Source of the DNA: Promethearchaeota archaeon
GTDB lineage: Archaea; Asgardarchaeota; Lokiarchaeia; Sigyniarchaeales; SOKP01
Length of the DNA: 64,000 nucleotides
NCBI GenBank assembly: GCA_029838195.1
Contig: JALGVJ010000003.1
Coordinates: forward strand, 64,001 to 128,000
Direction: 5' to 3'
The position numbers and the translations under genes were made by a program. Every line of letters starts with the position of its first letter. The stretch's first letter is position 1. This document shows positions 39,227 to 49,924 of this stretch, piece by piece. Under the pieces are notes generated by a model. It made no database searches and was not told the DNA's origin. It worked only from the letters and a program-made list of their open reading frames with translations.

Positions 39227-40591
39227 ATGGATTCTGAAATAAAAACGCATAAAAAACACGTTAAAATCTTCTCATTTTACTACTTTATCGAAGGCTATTC
39301 TCAAGGCATTCCCATACTCGTTTTCCCTCCTTATTTAGCCAAAGTCTTAGGAGGATCTTTCAATCTCGCTCTCTGGACGTTGGTTGCATTCATCGGCTCG
39401 CTTCCTTGGGCAATTAAAGCCATTGTAGGACCATTAAGCGATAAATGGGGCTCTAAGAAACTCGGGTATCGCTTTCCTTGGATCTTCGGTTTCGGAAGTG
39501 TAGGGGGTTTCTTTTGGCTTATGATGGCGATTTATCTGCCCATTAACGAGACCATTTATCTTTTTTTTGCAATTTACTACTTTGCAACGCAAGTAGGCAC
39601 CGCATTCTCGGATACAGCCTTAGACTCGCTCATTCTTGATGTGACTCCAAAAAAAAGATTGGGGAAAATTCAGGGATCAACTTGGACGTGCATGATTTTA
39701 GGGCAAGGAGCAGGAGGGATGCTCTTGGGGCTGATATTTCTTGCCCTGGATATCATACCATGGTTGTTCGTTCTCACGGGGTTTTTAATGATTCTTGCCA
39801 GTTTTTTGCCCTATTTAATTCACGAAGAACCGTTTATAAAAATACCAACAAAAGACATGTTGCTAGATATCAAGTCAGTGTTTAGCAAGAAAAGGAATTA
39901 TACAGTATTTTTTTACACGTTTACTGGAGGAATTATTGCGAACGTACTTTCACAATTCTTTAATTATGTAATTTTAGTTGCCATGGGCATCATAGACGTC
40001 GTGCAGACGATTCTTTCCATTACGAGCGGTAATCCTGTAGAATTATTAGGCTGGTCTTCAGTATTTTTATTCTGTTACGGGTTAGGAATAGTAATAGGCT
40101 CCATGATTTCAGGTAGATTTTTAGATAGGAATCGGAAGATGACGGTAATAAAGACATATTTATTGTATATTCCGGTGGCGCTGATAAGCGTGGTTCCATT
40201 TTTTCTATTTAATGGTATGTTCTTGGTGGCTTTACTTTTTGGAATTTTACTACAAATCATTATTGGTGCACTGCAAGGGTCCTTAACTGTATCCAATCAA
40301 ACCATACGAGGAGATCTCACGAAAAAATATTATCCTAAGCTCAAATCGACTTATTTTGCTTTACTAGTAGCGCTAAACAACTTCGGGCAATCCTTTGGCG
40401 TATATTTAGGGTTTTTGATATTCAATACATTTGCTGGGCTTGTAATGAATTTCTATTTAATCTATTTCATTTTGATGTGTGCGTGTTCGAGCAGTTTAGG
40501 CATCAGCATGCTATTATTTAGAACCATTGATCCGAAAGATTATGAATTAGGTGAAGTAGAGGGAGGAGAGAAGGACATTCAATTTACATGA
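39227..40591 (+). CDS. MFS transporter (AmpG/BT1-like)
   Basis: About 12 TM segments; LPWAIKAIVGPLSD, FSDTALDSL and STYFALLVALNNFG. Confidence 0.85.
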   Translation: MDSEIKTHKKHVKIFSFYYFIEGYSQGIPILVFPPYLAKVLGGSFNLALWTLVAFIGSLPWAIKAIVGPLSDKWGSKKLGYRFPWIFGFGSVGGFFWLMMAIYLPINETIYLFFAIYYFATQVGTAFSDTALDSLILDVTPKKRLGKIQGSTWTCMILGQGAGGMLLGLIFLALDIIPWLFVLTGFLMILASFLPYLIHEEPFIKIPTKDMLLDIKSVFSKKRNYTVFFYTFTGGIIANVLSQFFNYVILVAMGIIDVVQTILSITSGNPVELLGWSSVFLFCYGLGIVIGSMISGRFLDRNRKMTVIKTYLLYIPVALISVVPFFLFNGMFLVALLFGILLQIIIGALQGSLTVSNQTIRGDLTKKYYPKLKSTYFALLVALNNFGQSFGVYLGFLIFNTFAGLVMNFYLIYFILMCACSSSLGISMLLFRTIDPKDYELGEVEGGEKDIQFT

Positions 40592-40846
40592 ACTTTTAAA
40601 TTATTTGAACAAATTGCTAAAATAATTATCCTTGAAGCATATAATCCTAAAAAAAGAAAAAAACAAGAATTCTAAAAAAACAAAAAAATGGAGAAACTTT
40701 TGGCCAAACTTTTGGGCATTAAAAATTCTTATTTTTTTTTCTTATTTAATAAATTTAACCTAAATGGAGTTTTTTTAAATCTTGATGAAATGGTGGATGA
40801 TAGTTAATTTCGAGAATCATGAAAGGGGTTATAAAATGTGTAAAGA

Positions 40847-42526
40847 ATGGAAGAGGCGAGAAAGAAATTGGAAAAAAGCTTATTAATTAAAAATGGACGC
40901 ATCATCGATGGAACGGGTACGGCTTCTTATCAAGGCGATCTCCTCATTAAAGACGATAAGATACATGAAATTGGCAAGGATCTTAAACATGAAGGCGTAG
41001 AGGCGATAATCGATGCTAAAGGATTAGTCGTTGCGCCAGGCTTCATTGATATTCACTCACATTTAGGATTCATTCACGCTTCTCGGCGTCATTATGAGAT
41101 CTTAAAAGGCTGGATCTATCAAGGCGTGACCACATTAATTTCAGGGAATTGTGGCATGAGTCCAGCTCCCATGAATCACCACATGAAAAAGGATCTTGAT
41201 AGTTATTGGAATGCGCTATTACCGAGAGAAGGTATAAAGCATGAATGGAATACGATGGCTGAATATTTTAAATATTTAGAGAAGATAGGGCAAGTATATA
41301 ATGTTGGCATGCTAACGGGGCATAACACGTTGCGCACGCATGTCATGGATTTTGCCATGCGATTGCCTAATGAAGAAGAAATGGCCCAAATGAAGCAATT
41401 GTTAAGAGAATCCTTACAAGCGGGTGCTTTAGGATTATCTTTCGGATTAGCCTACATTCCCGGCATTTTTTCAAATACCGAAGAATTAATTCAACTTGCT
41501 TCCGTCTTGAAAGAATTTAATCCTCCCCTTCCTTTAGTAGGACACGTGAGAGGCATGTTTACTAAATTTTACCATGAAGCCGTGAAAGAAGCTATAATGA
41601 TTGCAGAAAAAAATCAAGTTTCGCTTCAGGTCTCGCATCATGCGGGAGGAGGGCTCTCGAGAACTCGAAAATTGGCCTTAAAAGCCATCAACGAGGCCAT
41701 GAAGAGAGGAGCAAGAATTGGCCATGATAATATTCCTGTCCCAGCCCGGCGTACCACAGTCTTAAAAATCTTCCCTGCGTGGTTGTTCGATGGTGGTCAT
41801 GAAAAATTTTTCGAAAATCTCAAAAATCCTACCATTCAAGAGCGCGCTATTGAAGAAATCCTCTCTTTTCAGCCTAAGTGGCCTCCATGGGAAAATAATT
41901 ACTGGTTAGAAAAAGATTTTAATGAAAGTATCATTCTCACCGGTTTTAAGAAATCACAAAATAAACCATTCAACAACAAGAAACTCGGAGAAATTGCTGA
42001 GATAATGAAGAAAGAGCCCATTCGAGCCTTAATCCAATTAGTTTTAGAAGAGCATGGTGAAATTTTTTTCTTTTCTGGAAAACCCGACGATCCCATGGCC
42101 GAAATGTATATCATGAATTTATTTCGAGATCCGAATTGTTCCGTAGGAACGGATATCGTTGGTATTGATTTAGAAGAAACGCCTGTCCCAGGAGCCTATG
42201 GAGGATTTACTAAAATTTTGGGGGATTTTGTAAGGGAAAAAAACCTCATATCCCTTGAAGAGGCTATACGTAAAATGACTTCGCTTCCCGCAAGTCAGAT
42301 GCAGTTGGAAAAAAGGGGAAAATTAGAAAAAGGCTTTCATGCTGATATCGTGATTTTCGATCCGGAAAAAGTGAAATGCCTTGCAACTTTTGAAAATTCA
42401 CGGCAATTATCTGTTGGGATAGAATATGTTATAATTAACGGAATTACTGTCTTAGAAAATGGTGAATATAATTCAGAACGCCGGCCAGGAAAAATATTGA
42501 AGAATTCTTCGATGTATATCGGGTAA
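40847..42526 (+). CDS. N-acyl-D-amino-acid deacylase (amidohydrolase)
   Basis: IIDGTG, APGFIDIHSH, GVTT..GNCGMS and EAIRKMTSLPA. Confidence 0.9.
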   Translation: MEEARKKLEKSLLIKNGRIIDGTGTASYQGDLLIKDDKIHEIGKDLKHEGVEAIIDAKGLVVAPGFIDIHSHLGFIHASRRHYEILKGWIYQGVTTLISGNCGMSPAPMNHHMKKDLDSYWNALLPREGIKHEWNTMAEYFKYLEKIGQVYNVGMLTGHNTLRTHVMDFAMRLPNEEEMAQMKQLLRESLQAGALGLSFGLAYIPGIFSNTEELIQLASVLKEFNPPLPLVGHVRGMFTKFYHEAVKEAIMIAEKNQVSLQVSHHAGGGLSRTRKLALKAINEAMKRGARIGHDNIPVPARRTTVLKIFPAWLFDGGHEKFFENLKNPTIQERAIEEILSFQPKWPPWENNYWLEKDFNESIILTGFKKSQNKPFNNKKLGEIAEIMKKEPIRALIQLVLEEHGEIFFFSGKPDDPMAEMYIMNLFRDPNCSVGTDIVGIDLEETPVPGAYGGFTKILGDFVREKNLISLEEAIRKMTSLPASQMQLEKRGKLEKGFHADIVIFDPEKVKCLATFENSRQLSVGIEYVIINGITVLENGEYNSERRPGKILKNSSMYIG

Positions 42527-42687
42527 TGAACACGAGCTAGGTTGCATTAATTTCTTGATTTTTCTTCTCAGTAGTTCTCTAATTTCAAAATATAAATAGC
42601 GTTTTTTTTTGTCTTGTTAAGTTTTAATCTCTTAAAGCTTTTTGAAATTGTAAAACGAAAGATAATAGAAGAGTAAAAACATGTTTT

Positions 42688-44442
42688 TTAAACATGAGAT
42701 ACTTCTTTTTGCAAGGTCTCTGGACCTTGTTTCATTCTCTTTTTAAATTTTCGCAATAACGAGGAGAATTTAAGAGGTTTTCCTTTAAAATTAAGTTCTG
42801 CTAATGCTTGATCTTGATAGGCATGAAATAGATCACTAGAGAGGCGTTCCCAAGCTCTACAAATTTCAAGAGTCTCCTCATCATTCCTCAATAAACTATC
42901 ATGAGCCATGATCCGGGAGAATTCTGCTGCTAAAGGCTCAATTACATCGGGACTAGCACCCTCAAGTAGATCCCGGCAAAAATCTCCTGCAGAATACCAC
43001 TCTTTTACTCTTTGAAAGTCTCTATGAATTTGTGTCAGTAGTACATTTTTAGGACCTTCCCAAAGTTCCATGATTAAAGAATCACGATGAAAGCGTGGAA
43101 AAGATAAGAAATCTTCCATGATTCCATGACCGCCAAAAAATGATATTGCTTTTCTAATCATCGCAGGAGCATCATCCGCCACCACGATTTTTTGTAACAT
43201 GACTAATTCGCGCAATCGGAACCTTCTCTTCCGTTCCTCTAAATTTTCAATCTTTAGAAGGTCACGAATTCCAGCGATTAATTCCTCACCAAAATGAATA
43301 TATTCAGAGTAAACTTTAAATGCACCTGCTGCTGCTCTCATGGCTTGATGGTTTAAATCATTAATGTGATTAATCATCATGGGAAAATTTGCGATGGGTA
43401 CACCAAAAGCGGTGCGAAATTGCGCATATAAATTAGCTTCTCTTGCTATCCTCATACCAGCAGAAGCCATGCCTAAAGCGACGTGTAATCGTGAGAGAGA
43501 TAGCACTATCCCTACGATATTTGCCAATCCTTTTTCGAGAGGGCCGATGGGATAAGCTACAGCACCATTATAAGTTATTTCTGCCGTGGGTAGTTCAGAA
43601 GTGCCTAATTTAACCTTTAACCTATCAATCGTGTAAGAATTTCTTATCTCTTTTTCTTTATTTCCCGGCAACCAAGAGGGAACAAGAAAAGCTGCGACTC
43701 TGGTAGATGAGGTCGTGTTTTTGGGTTTTGCCGTGACAATGGCATGATCGGCGTGCGTTGCCGAACAGAAGAACTTTTTTCCATAGATACGCCAACAATT
43801 AGAATATCTATCTTCTTTTGGTTCTTTTTCAAAGACGGCTTCGACTAAATTAGCAGGAACATCACTTCCTCCTTGGATCTCGCTCACGAACTGGGCTCCT
43901 ATCTTATATTCTCCTCCCCTTCCATCTCTTATTTCTTCTAAGATCTTGAGGGCTTCAGGTTCTAATTCCTTTTCATATTTCTCTAATAATTTCCACATGC
44001 CATGAGTACACGCTATCGGGCACATGACACCTGCTTCTGAGTTTTGGTATAACAAAAATAATTTACAAAACCGGCTCCAAGGGGTATTTCGAGCCGGATC
44101 AAAGAGCCCGAGACTAAAAATTTCTTTTTCAAGAATTTCTGTTTCATGACATCTTTCAATTTTATCAATTCGATGGTTATGAGCGTCAAAATGTTTAACT
44201 CGTGTAACCTTAATTCGGTTTTCTAAAGAATTTGCAGCGTCCGCTAGATCTCTAAAACGATACGATACATAGTCAGAAAGTGCCATTAGATCTCGATTAA
44301 TTGTTTCGAATTCATCGCCCGTATAATGTTTTATCAGAGCTTGAAAGAACTTGTCATCTTTATAATAATTTAATGAATCACGAACCAATAAATAATCATC
44401 AAATGAGTATGGATTATCCCGATTTCCTTCTAAATTGCTCAT
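42688..44442 (-). CDS. acyl-CoA dehydrogenase family protein (AidB-like)
   Basis: CPIACTHG, SEIQGGSD, GKKFFCS, RLKVKLGTSELPTAEI, RTAFG, GGHG and LWEGPKNV. Confidence 0.88.
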   Translation of the reverse strand: MSNLEGNRDNPYSFDDYLLVRDSLNYYKDDKFFQALIKHYTGDEFETINRDLMALSDYVSYRFRDLADAANSLENRIKVTRVKHFDAHNHRIDKIERCHETEILEKEIFSLGLFDPARNTPWSRFCKLFLLYQNSEAGVMCPIACTHGMWKLLEKYEKELEPEALKILEEIRDGRGGEYKIGAQFVSEIQGGSDVPANLVEAVFEKEPKEDRYSNCWRIYGKKFFCSATHADHAIVTAKPKNTTSSTRVAAFLVPSWLPGNKEKEIRNSYTIDRLKVKLGTSELPTAEITYNGAVAYPIGPLEKGLANIVGIVLSLSRLHVALGMASAGMRIAREANLYAQFRTAFGVPIANFPMMINHINDLNHQAMRAAAGAFKVYSEYIHFGEELIAGIRDLLKIENLEERKRRFRLRELVMLQKIVVADDAPAMIRKAISFFGGHGIMEDFLSFPRFHRDSLIMELWEGPKNVLLTQIHRDFQRVKEWYSAGDFCRDLLEGASPDVIEPLAAEFSRIMAHDSLLRNDEETLEICRAWERLSSDLFHAYQDQALAELNFKGKPLKFSSLLRKFKKRMKQGPETLQKEVSHV

Positions 44443-44656
44443 TTTTTATACCTTCCCGTGCTTCAATGAATATATGATTTAATTAAAAAAAAAATTGAAA
44501 CATGATCTATAATGCGTTGGCTTCTTTTAAAAATTTTGACTCATGTTCCAGAAAATAGAAATGATTTACAAGAGAGATGTTAATGATTATTAGCTCATGG
44601 TAATAAAAGAAGGTGAGATACGTTTTTCAAATCATGCCAATAATGTACTTACTTAT

Positions 44657-45526
44657 TTATTCTTCGACTTCTTCCTCGACTTCTTCCTCGACTTCTTCCT
44701 CGACTTCTTCCTCGACTTCTTCCTCGATTTCTTCTTCCAATTCTTCTTCAAGTACCTCTTCTTTTATTTCTTCTTCTTTTTCGGTTTTTGATGTCGCCTC
44801 AGCGATTTTTTTTACATTTATTCTTTCGGTTCTGCGGATTTCAGATTTTCTTGATCTCTTTACTTCTATTTCTACAATATCGTATTCGTTATCGGGTACT
44901 TCTTTATCTTCGCCCCCTTCCGGAATAGCGATAAGCTTGCTTTTTATAACTGTACAGCTTGATACAGGATAAATAGTTTTCACGACACGGGTGATTTGGT
45001 TTTCAAATTCTCCCTTTATCATTCCATTAATAAATTTTTCATGGTTAAGGGATTTAGCAAATTCTTTCATTATCTCCGACATGATTTTTCTAATCAAAAT
45101 TTGTTGAGAGGAGCGAGCCCGTCTAATGGTAACACATACTACCGTTATTCGAAACACGTATCCATCTTTAGTAGTCAAGTTCAAAATAGTAGAGATTTTA
45201 GATACGCCTCGTCCTACGATGCTTCGGACATAATCTGTGGTGTAGGAATGTCCAATGAAGATAGAATTGCATTTTTTAGCTTCTACATTTACGTCAACGA
45301 TTTTAAACTTTAATTTCAAGTTAATATCATTAAAATCGTTAGTAAAATCGTATAATAAGACTTCTATCGTTCTTCCTACCACGTTTTTTTCGTTTCCAAT
45401 GATATCACCTAATTCTTGGTAATTAAAGTTTTTAGGAGCTATGACCGTATACCAATTTTTATCTTTATAAGATACTTTTTTAGCCTTCGGCTTCTTTTTC
45501 TTACCTTTTTTTAATTTTTGACTCAT
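44657..45526 (-). CDS. rps3ae: 30S ribosomal protein eS1 (S3ae) with long acidic C-terminal tail
   Basis: KNWYTVIAP, GRTIEVLLYD, KLKFKI, TDYVRSIV and KTIYP. Confidence 0.93.
   Translation of the reverse strand: MSQKLKKGKKKKPKAKKVSYKDKNWYTVIAPKNFNYQELGDIIGNEKNVVGRTIEVLLYDFTNDFNDINLKLKFKIVDVNVEAKKCNSIFIGHSYTTDYVRSIVGRGVSKISTILNLTTKDGYVFRITVVCVTIRRARSSQQILIRKIMSEIMKEFAKSLNHEKFINGMIKGEFENQITRVVKTIYPVSSCTVIKSKLIAIPEGGEDKEVPDNEYDIVEIEVKRSRKSEIRRTERINVKKIAEATSKTEKEEEIKEEVLEEELEEEIEEEVEEEVEEEVEEEVEEEVEE
44664..44735. repeat. 12-bp coding tandem repeat (TCGACTTCTTCC)x5 plus one degenerate copy, encoding (EEEV)n
   Basis: Read directly from the sequence. Confidence 0.92.
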
Positions 45527-45575
45527 GATAGTGTTTTCCTTTCATGTTTTCAATTAAGAAGCTTAAATTAATCAT

Positions 45576-46034
45576 TTATTTAGCTACGAGAGTTCTTACT
45601 TTCTCCACATCATACTTGAAACTGGGATCTAAGACCTTTTTCTTCTTGTAATATTTTAGCAATCGATAAATTTTTGATTCCGTTCGATTTAATCCTTTTT
45701 TAGCTTCTAGATCTTTTTTGTTTTCTTCTAGATGTTTTCGAATATTCAACGCTTTTCGAATTAAATTGGCTAAATCTTCCGGCAAACTGCTAGAAACTCC
45801 GTGCTCTTCTAAAATTTGTTGGATTTTTTTCCCGGTCACCACTTTAGTAAGGGGAATTCCATAGGAATCTCTCAAGATAATACCAATCATGGATTGAGAA
45901 TATCCCTTTCTTGCTAATTTAATAACGAGCTCTTCTACCTCTTCTGATGAATGCTCGATCCAAACGGGTTTTTCAAGTCTTGAAGGTCGAGTGGAGCCAC
46001 TTTTTCCCTTTTTTCGTGAATGTAAGCGTGCCAT
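45576..46034 (-). CDS. rps15: 30S ribosomal protein uS15 (S13e/S15p)
   Basis: MARLHSRKKGKSGSTRP, IGIILRDSYGIP, LPEDLANL and ESKIYRLLKYYK. Confidence 0.97.
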   Translation of the reverse strand: MARLHSRKKGKSGSTRPSRLEKPVWIEHSSEEVEELVIKLARKGYSQSMIGIILRDSYGIPLTKVVTGKKIQQILEEHGVSSSLPEDLANLIRKALNIRKHLEENKKDLEAKKGLNRTESKIYRLLKYYKKKKVLDPSFKYDVEKVRTLVAK

Positions 46035-46257
46035 AATACATCTATTGATAAATACATAAACTCTTCTTACAAGATTACAAGTTATATAATGAATAATAAA
46101 GGAAAATAAATAAAATTTTTGAATTTAGAAAGAAACAACCGATAAATGAAGATTAGATTAAAATACATGGTTTTATATGAATGATTTTTGAGAGAAACAA
46201 ATAAAAATTTTCACTCATTTTTGTTATTTCTTTATTAATTTTAGTTCATTATTATCC

Positions 46258-46863
46258 ATGAGATATGATATGGGAAATAACGCACATGAAAAAAAAATAT
46301 ATTTAATAACCGGAAATCCTCATAAATTCGAAGAAATTAATGCACTTTTCAAGAACCATTTCCTTAATTATAAATTAGAATTAAAAAATGCTCATCCCAT
46401 AGAAATTCAAGCAGATGACCTCGTAGAGGTTGCTCTTTTTAAATTAAATTCGATTAAAGATAAAATTAATGATTCTTGTTTCGTAGAAGATGCTGGATTT
46501 TTTATCGATCATCCTCTCCAAGGGTTTCCGGGAGTATATTCATCCCACGTCTTTAAAAAAATAGGAAATCAAGGCATTCTAAAATTAATTGATGACCCTT
46601 CTCGAAGCCGAGCACGATTTAAAGCAGTAATTGCTCTCTACTTCAAACCTCACGATAAAGTTTATGTGTTTGAAGGGGAAGTACTGGGAAAGGTTGCAGC
46701 AAAAATTAGGGGCTCTCAGGGATTTGGATATGATCCCATTTTCATTCCAAATGCCATGCCTCATAAAACTTTTGGGGAATTAACTAAAGAAGAAAAAAAT
46801 AATCTTTCTCATAGGGCCATGGCAATAAAAAAATTAATAGATTTTTTAAAAAAAAATCCGTGA
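46258..46863 (+). CDS. rdgB: RdgB/HAM1 non-canonical purine NTP pyrophosphatase
   Basis: TGNPHKFEE, EDAG, GFPGVYS, GFGYDPIF and KNNLSHR. Confidence 0.94.
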   Translation: MRYDMGNNAHEKKIYLITGNPHKFEEINALFKNHFLNYKLELKNAHPIEIQADDLVEVALFKLNSIKDKINDSCFVEDAGFFIDHPLQGFPGVYSSHVFKKIGNQGILKLIDDPSRSRARFKAVIALYFKPHDKVYVFEGEVLGKVAAKIRGSQGFGYDPIFIPNAMPHKTFGELTKEEKNNLSHRAMAIKKLIDFLKKNP

Positions 46864-46873
46864 AAAAAAAAAA

Positions 46874-49861
46874 TTAAAATGTCTGTCGGAAGATCTCCAT
46901 GATAGACACGCGGGAAATCCGAAAGAGGATGATATACATGAAAATAATTCCCACGGAAATCGAAATTAAAAACACCCGTAATAAAGTCCCCCAATTAAGC
47001 GTGAATACAACGGGCATTTCAGTGAGAATGCTAATATTTGTCTCCATGAGGTAAGCGCTGTAGCTTCCAATAATTGTTCCCATTATTCCGGAAGAGATCA
47101 TCAATAGCATGCTTTCTATCAAAAACATATTTCTTACTTGTCCTGTCTTCATTCCCATGGATCTCAAGATTCCAATTTCAAATTTTCTCTCCAAAAATAC
47201 GGCATACATTGAACTAACTAAGCCAAAAATACAAATAACGATGGTAAACATCAAGATAAATTCAAATAGAATGCTCCTTTTTTCATACATTTCACTCACG
47301 AACTTCACCTTGGAAATCACGTCATCCAAGATGAATTTTTTGTTATTGAACCGCACTCGAATATCGTTAATGGTTTCATCTATATTCTTTTCAGAAGTAT
47401 CTCGCAAGTTAATGTAAATTTTATCAATGACCATGTTAGGCTCTCCGGCACTTTCAACATCCATGAACTCAATATACGTTTCTTGAGAAACCATTACACC
47501 CCCTCCATTAGCAGAAAATTGACTGCTCCTAAAATTGAAAAAGCCCGGAATTCCTCCCGCAATGCCTACTACGGTGAAAAGCGTGACATTACCCGGATCG
47601 TTTTCCACTTGAGGGTTGTAAAACGTCAGTCGTACTTGTTCTCCCACATCTCGAATTCCTAACACGTCGGCAATGGATTTCGCGATGATGCATGTTCTAT
47701 TTCCCTTAAATAATTGAGTAAAGGAATAATTAAATCCACTATTCGGACTACTCCAAATGATCAAATCGCGATCTATTAATTGGGGAAAATTCTCATCAAT
47801 GCCGATGAATCCGGCATCCAACGTGTCATGACCGGCAATATCTGAAATTTCCGTTTCATATTTAATTTGTCGTTCTTGCGAATAAAATGAGATCAAGGAG
47901 GTGATCTGATTCTCACTTTCGCTATCTTCCTCAAATCCTATCCCTTCTTCTCCTGCTGAAAAGAGAACGGAAATTGCAGCTGTAATATCAATGGTATTAG
48001 ATATGGAGGTGGCTGTTTTATCAATTCCCACGAATTCTTGTTTCAATTGTTCATACATGGCTAAATCTACGTGAGAATTATCGTTCACACTTCCTTGATT
48101 AATGAGCACCAAATCTGAAGCATATTGAAATTCTAAATTCATGGCTAAATGTTCGGAGGACATTTGAGAATAGGTGGTAATGAAGAATATAAAACTAAAG
48201 CTGATGGCAAACATCACCGTAGTACTTGTATTGCGGCGTCTATTGCGTTTCAAGGAAATATTAATGATGTTCGCATATTTTTTTATAAAAGGTGAGATCA
48301 ATTTTAAAAAGAATTGCTGGATCAATGGTATTATTGCTACGGAAGCAAACACCATGCCAATGAGAATTGCTGAAAGGAGTCCAATGAATAACCCGGAAAT
48401 CACCATCATGTCTCCCGTCATGAACACGTTCGGCAGCATGACAAAAATAACCATTCCAATAGTTGCAACGGATACACCCACCAAAAAACTCTTAATATTC
48501 GCGCTACCCTCTTTTTTGACTTCCCATCCTTCATCCTTGGTCCTAAATGGGGTAATCGATTTAATAATATCAATGCGAGCTGTCTTTACAGCAGGCAATA
48601 AAGCAATGACCAATGAAACAAGGCTGCCAATGGAAAAAGATAATATTATTGTTGCGGGTTTAATGATAAAAACAATTTCTGAAAATTCGAATTCAAATAA
48701 AGAAAAGAACACGCTTGCAATTGGGGGTGTAATGAAAAAGCTCACGATTATTCCTATCAATGATCCAAGGACGCCTATTAGAAAACCTTCAAATAGAACG
48801 ATTTTAATGGGGAATCCCTTTTTGCCCCCTACGGTTCTAAGGATTCCAAACTCCCGCACGCGTTCTTCCGAAGAAGTGGATAAAATCGCATGAATTAAAA
48901 TTCCGGTGATCAACATGGATAGAATGGTGACAAACCAAAATAGAATCGTGGAACTCATTAAAGTGAAATTACTACTTTCTAATTCCTCTAATTTTGGCAT
49001 GGATACCGTATATTCATTAATATCCAATCTTTCTTGAATATCTTCGCTAATGGCACGAAGTTTTCTCGTAGTTTCATCAAGATTGCTCGAATCGTAGATC
49101 AATTCGGGATTTTCTAAAGTACCGTAGATAAAATTAATTTGTCCTTCTTTATCTAAAAATTTTTGAGCCTGTTCAACGGTAATTAAAATTAATGCGGTTT
49201 GAAATTCCATGAATTTTCTATCTTGCTCGCATATTTCGACTACAGTTAAATTTAATTCTTTCCGCCCATACTCCACATGGATGACATCTCCTCTTGAAAC
49301 GTTAAGTAATTTAGCCACATTTCTCAAAATCACGCATTCTCCATCTGCAGGCTCTCCCATATATATTTCTTCTTTCTCTTCTGACGTTTCGTTGTAAACG
49401 ATTAAATTTCCCATATGACCGTTCGCTGCTTCTTTTTTGAAATCTATCCCATACAACTGCAAAGAACCACTCGCATTCGTGTTTTCCGAAGAAGTCTGCA
49501 CTAATTGAAGAATGCGTGGAAACCATTCCTCCACGCCCTCGATATTACCAAGCTTCTGTTCTATTATGCTCTGGTCAAAATAGGGGTCAAACGTTAGATC
49601 TGTTGTTACTTGTTTGGATATCATTATATCTCCCTCTCCCGTTGTGTTAGTTACTATTTGCATGTAGTTGTAATTAAGGGTGTCGTTGACCATACCTATT
49701 GAGGTCATGAGGCAAATGGAAATGGCGATTCCAAAGATTCCGAATAAAGCCTTTGCCTTATCCCGTTTCATATCGAGGTAGGAATGTTTTATAAACTGCA
49801 GATTTATCCGTTTCCTTAACCAATATATAAAGCTCCTGATATTCCAAGTTCTGCTTTTCAT
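46874..49861 (-). CDS. large FtsX/MacB-family ABC permease (internally duplicated), paralog 2
   Basis: EERVREFGILRTVGG and ERKFEIGILRSMG FtsX motifs; two large extracytoplasmic domains. Confidence 0.9.
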   Translation of the reverse strand: MKSRTWNIRSFIYWLRKRINLQFIKHSYLDMKRDKAKALFGIFGIAISICLMTSIGMVNDTLNYNYMQIVTNTTGEGDIMISKQVTTDLTFDPYFDQSIIEQKLGNIEGVEEWFPRILQLVQTSSENTNASGSLQLYGIDFKKEAANGHMGNLIVYNETSEEKEEIYMGEPADGECVILRNVAKLLNVSRGDVIHVEYGRKELNLTVVEICEQDRKFMEFQTALILITVEQAQKFLDKEGQINFIYGTLENPELIYDSSNLDETTRKLRAISEDIQERLDINEYTVSMPKLEELESSNFTLMSSTILFWFVTILSMLITGILIHAILSTSSEERVREFGILRTVGGKKGFPIKIVLFEGFLIGVLGSLIGIIVSFFITPPIASVFFSLFEFEFSEIVFIIKPATIILSFSIGSLVSLVIALLPAVKTARIDIIKSITPFRTKDEGWEVKKEGSANIKSFLVGVSVATIGMVIFVMLPNVFMTGDMMVISGLFIGLLSAILIGMVFASVAIIPLIQQFFLKLISPFIKKYANIINISLKRNRRRNTSTTVMFAISFSFIFFITTYSQMSSEHLAMNLEFQYASDLVLINQGSVNDNSHVDLAMYEQLKQEFVGIDKTATSISNTIDITAAISVLFSAGEEGIGFEEDSESENQITSLISFYSQERQIKYETEISDIAGHDTLDAGFIGIDENFPQLIDRDLIIWSSPNSGFNYSFTQLFKGNRTCIIAKSIADVLGIRDVGEQVRLTFYNPQVENDPGNVTLFTVVGIAGGIPGFFNFRSSQFSANGGGVMVSQETYIEFMDVESAGEPNMVIDKIYINLRDTSEKNIDETINDIRVRFNNKKFILDDVISKVKFVSEMYEKRSILFEFILMFTIVICIFGLVSSMYAVFLERKFEIGILRSMGMKTGQVRNMFLIESMLLMISSGIMGTIIGSYSAYLMETNISILTEMPVVFTLNWGTLLRVFLISISVGIIFMYIILFRISRVSIMEIFRQTF

Positions 49862-49924
49862 TTTCTTGTATTTTTTTCTATAAATTTTAATTTCTAAATT
49901 ATTAAATAATTATTTTTAATGAAA

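Noticed and set aside
44664-44735. CRISPR array
   Set aside because: The units are contiguous 12-mers without spacers. No repeat-spacer array or cas gene is seen anywhere in the window.
44597-44972. (FFLD)n and Ser/Thr-rich ORFs
   Set aside because: These are opposite-strand readings of the 12-bp repeat in the eS1 tail.
48174-48893. 239-aa plus-strand ORF
   Set aside because: It is an antisense shadow of the hydrophobic permease coding region.
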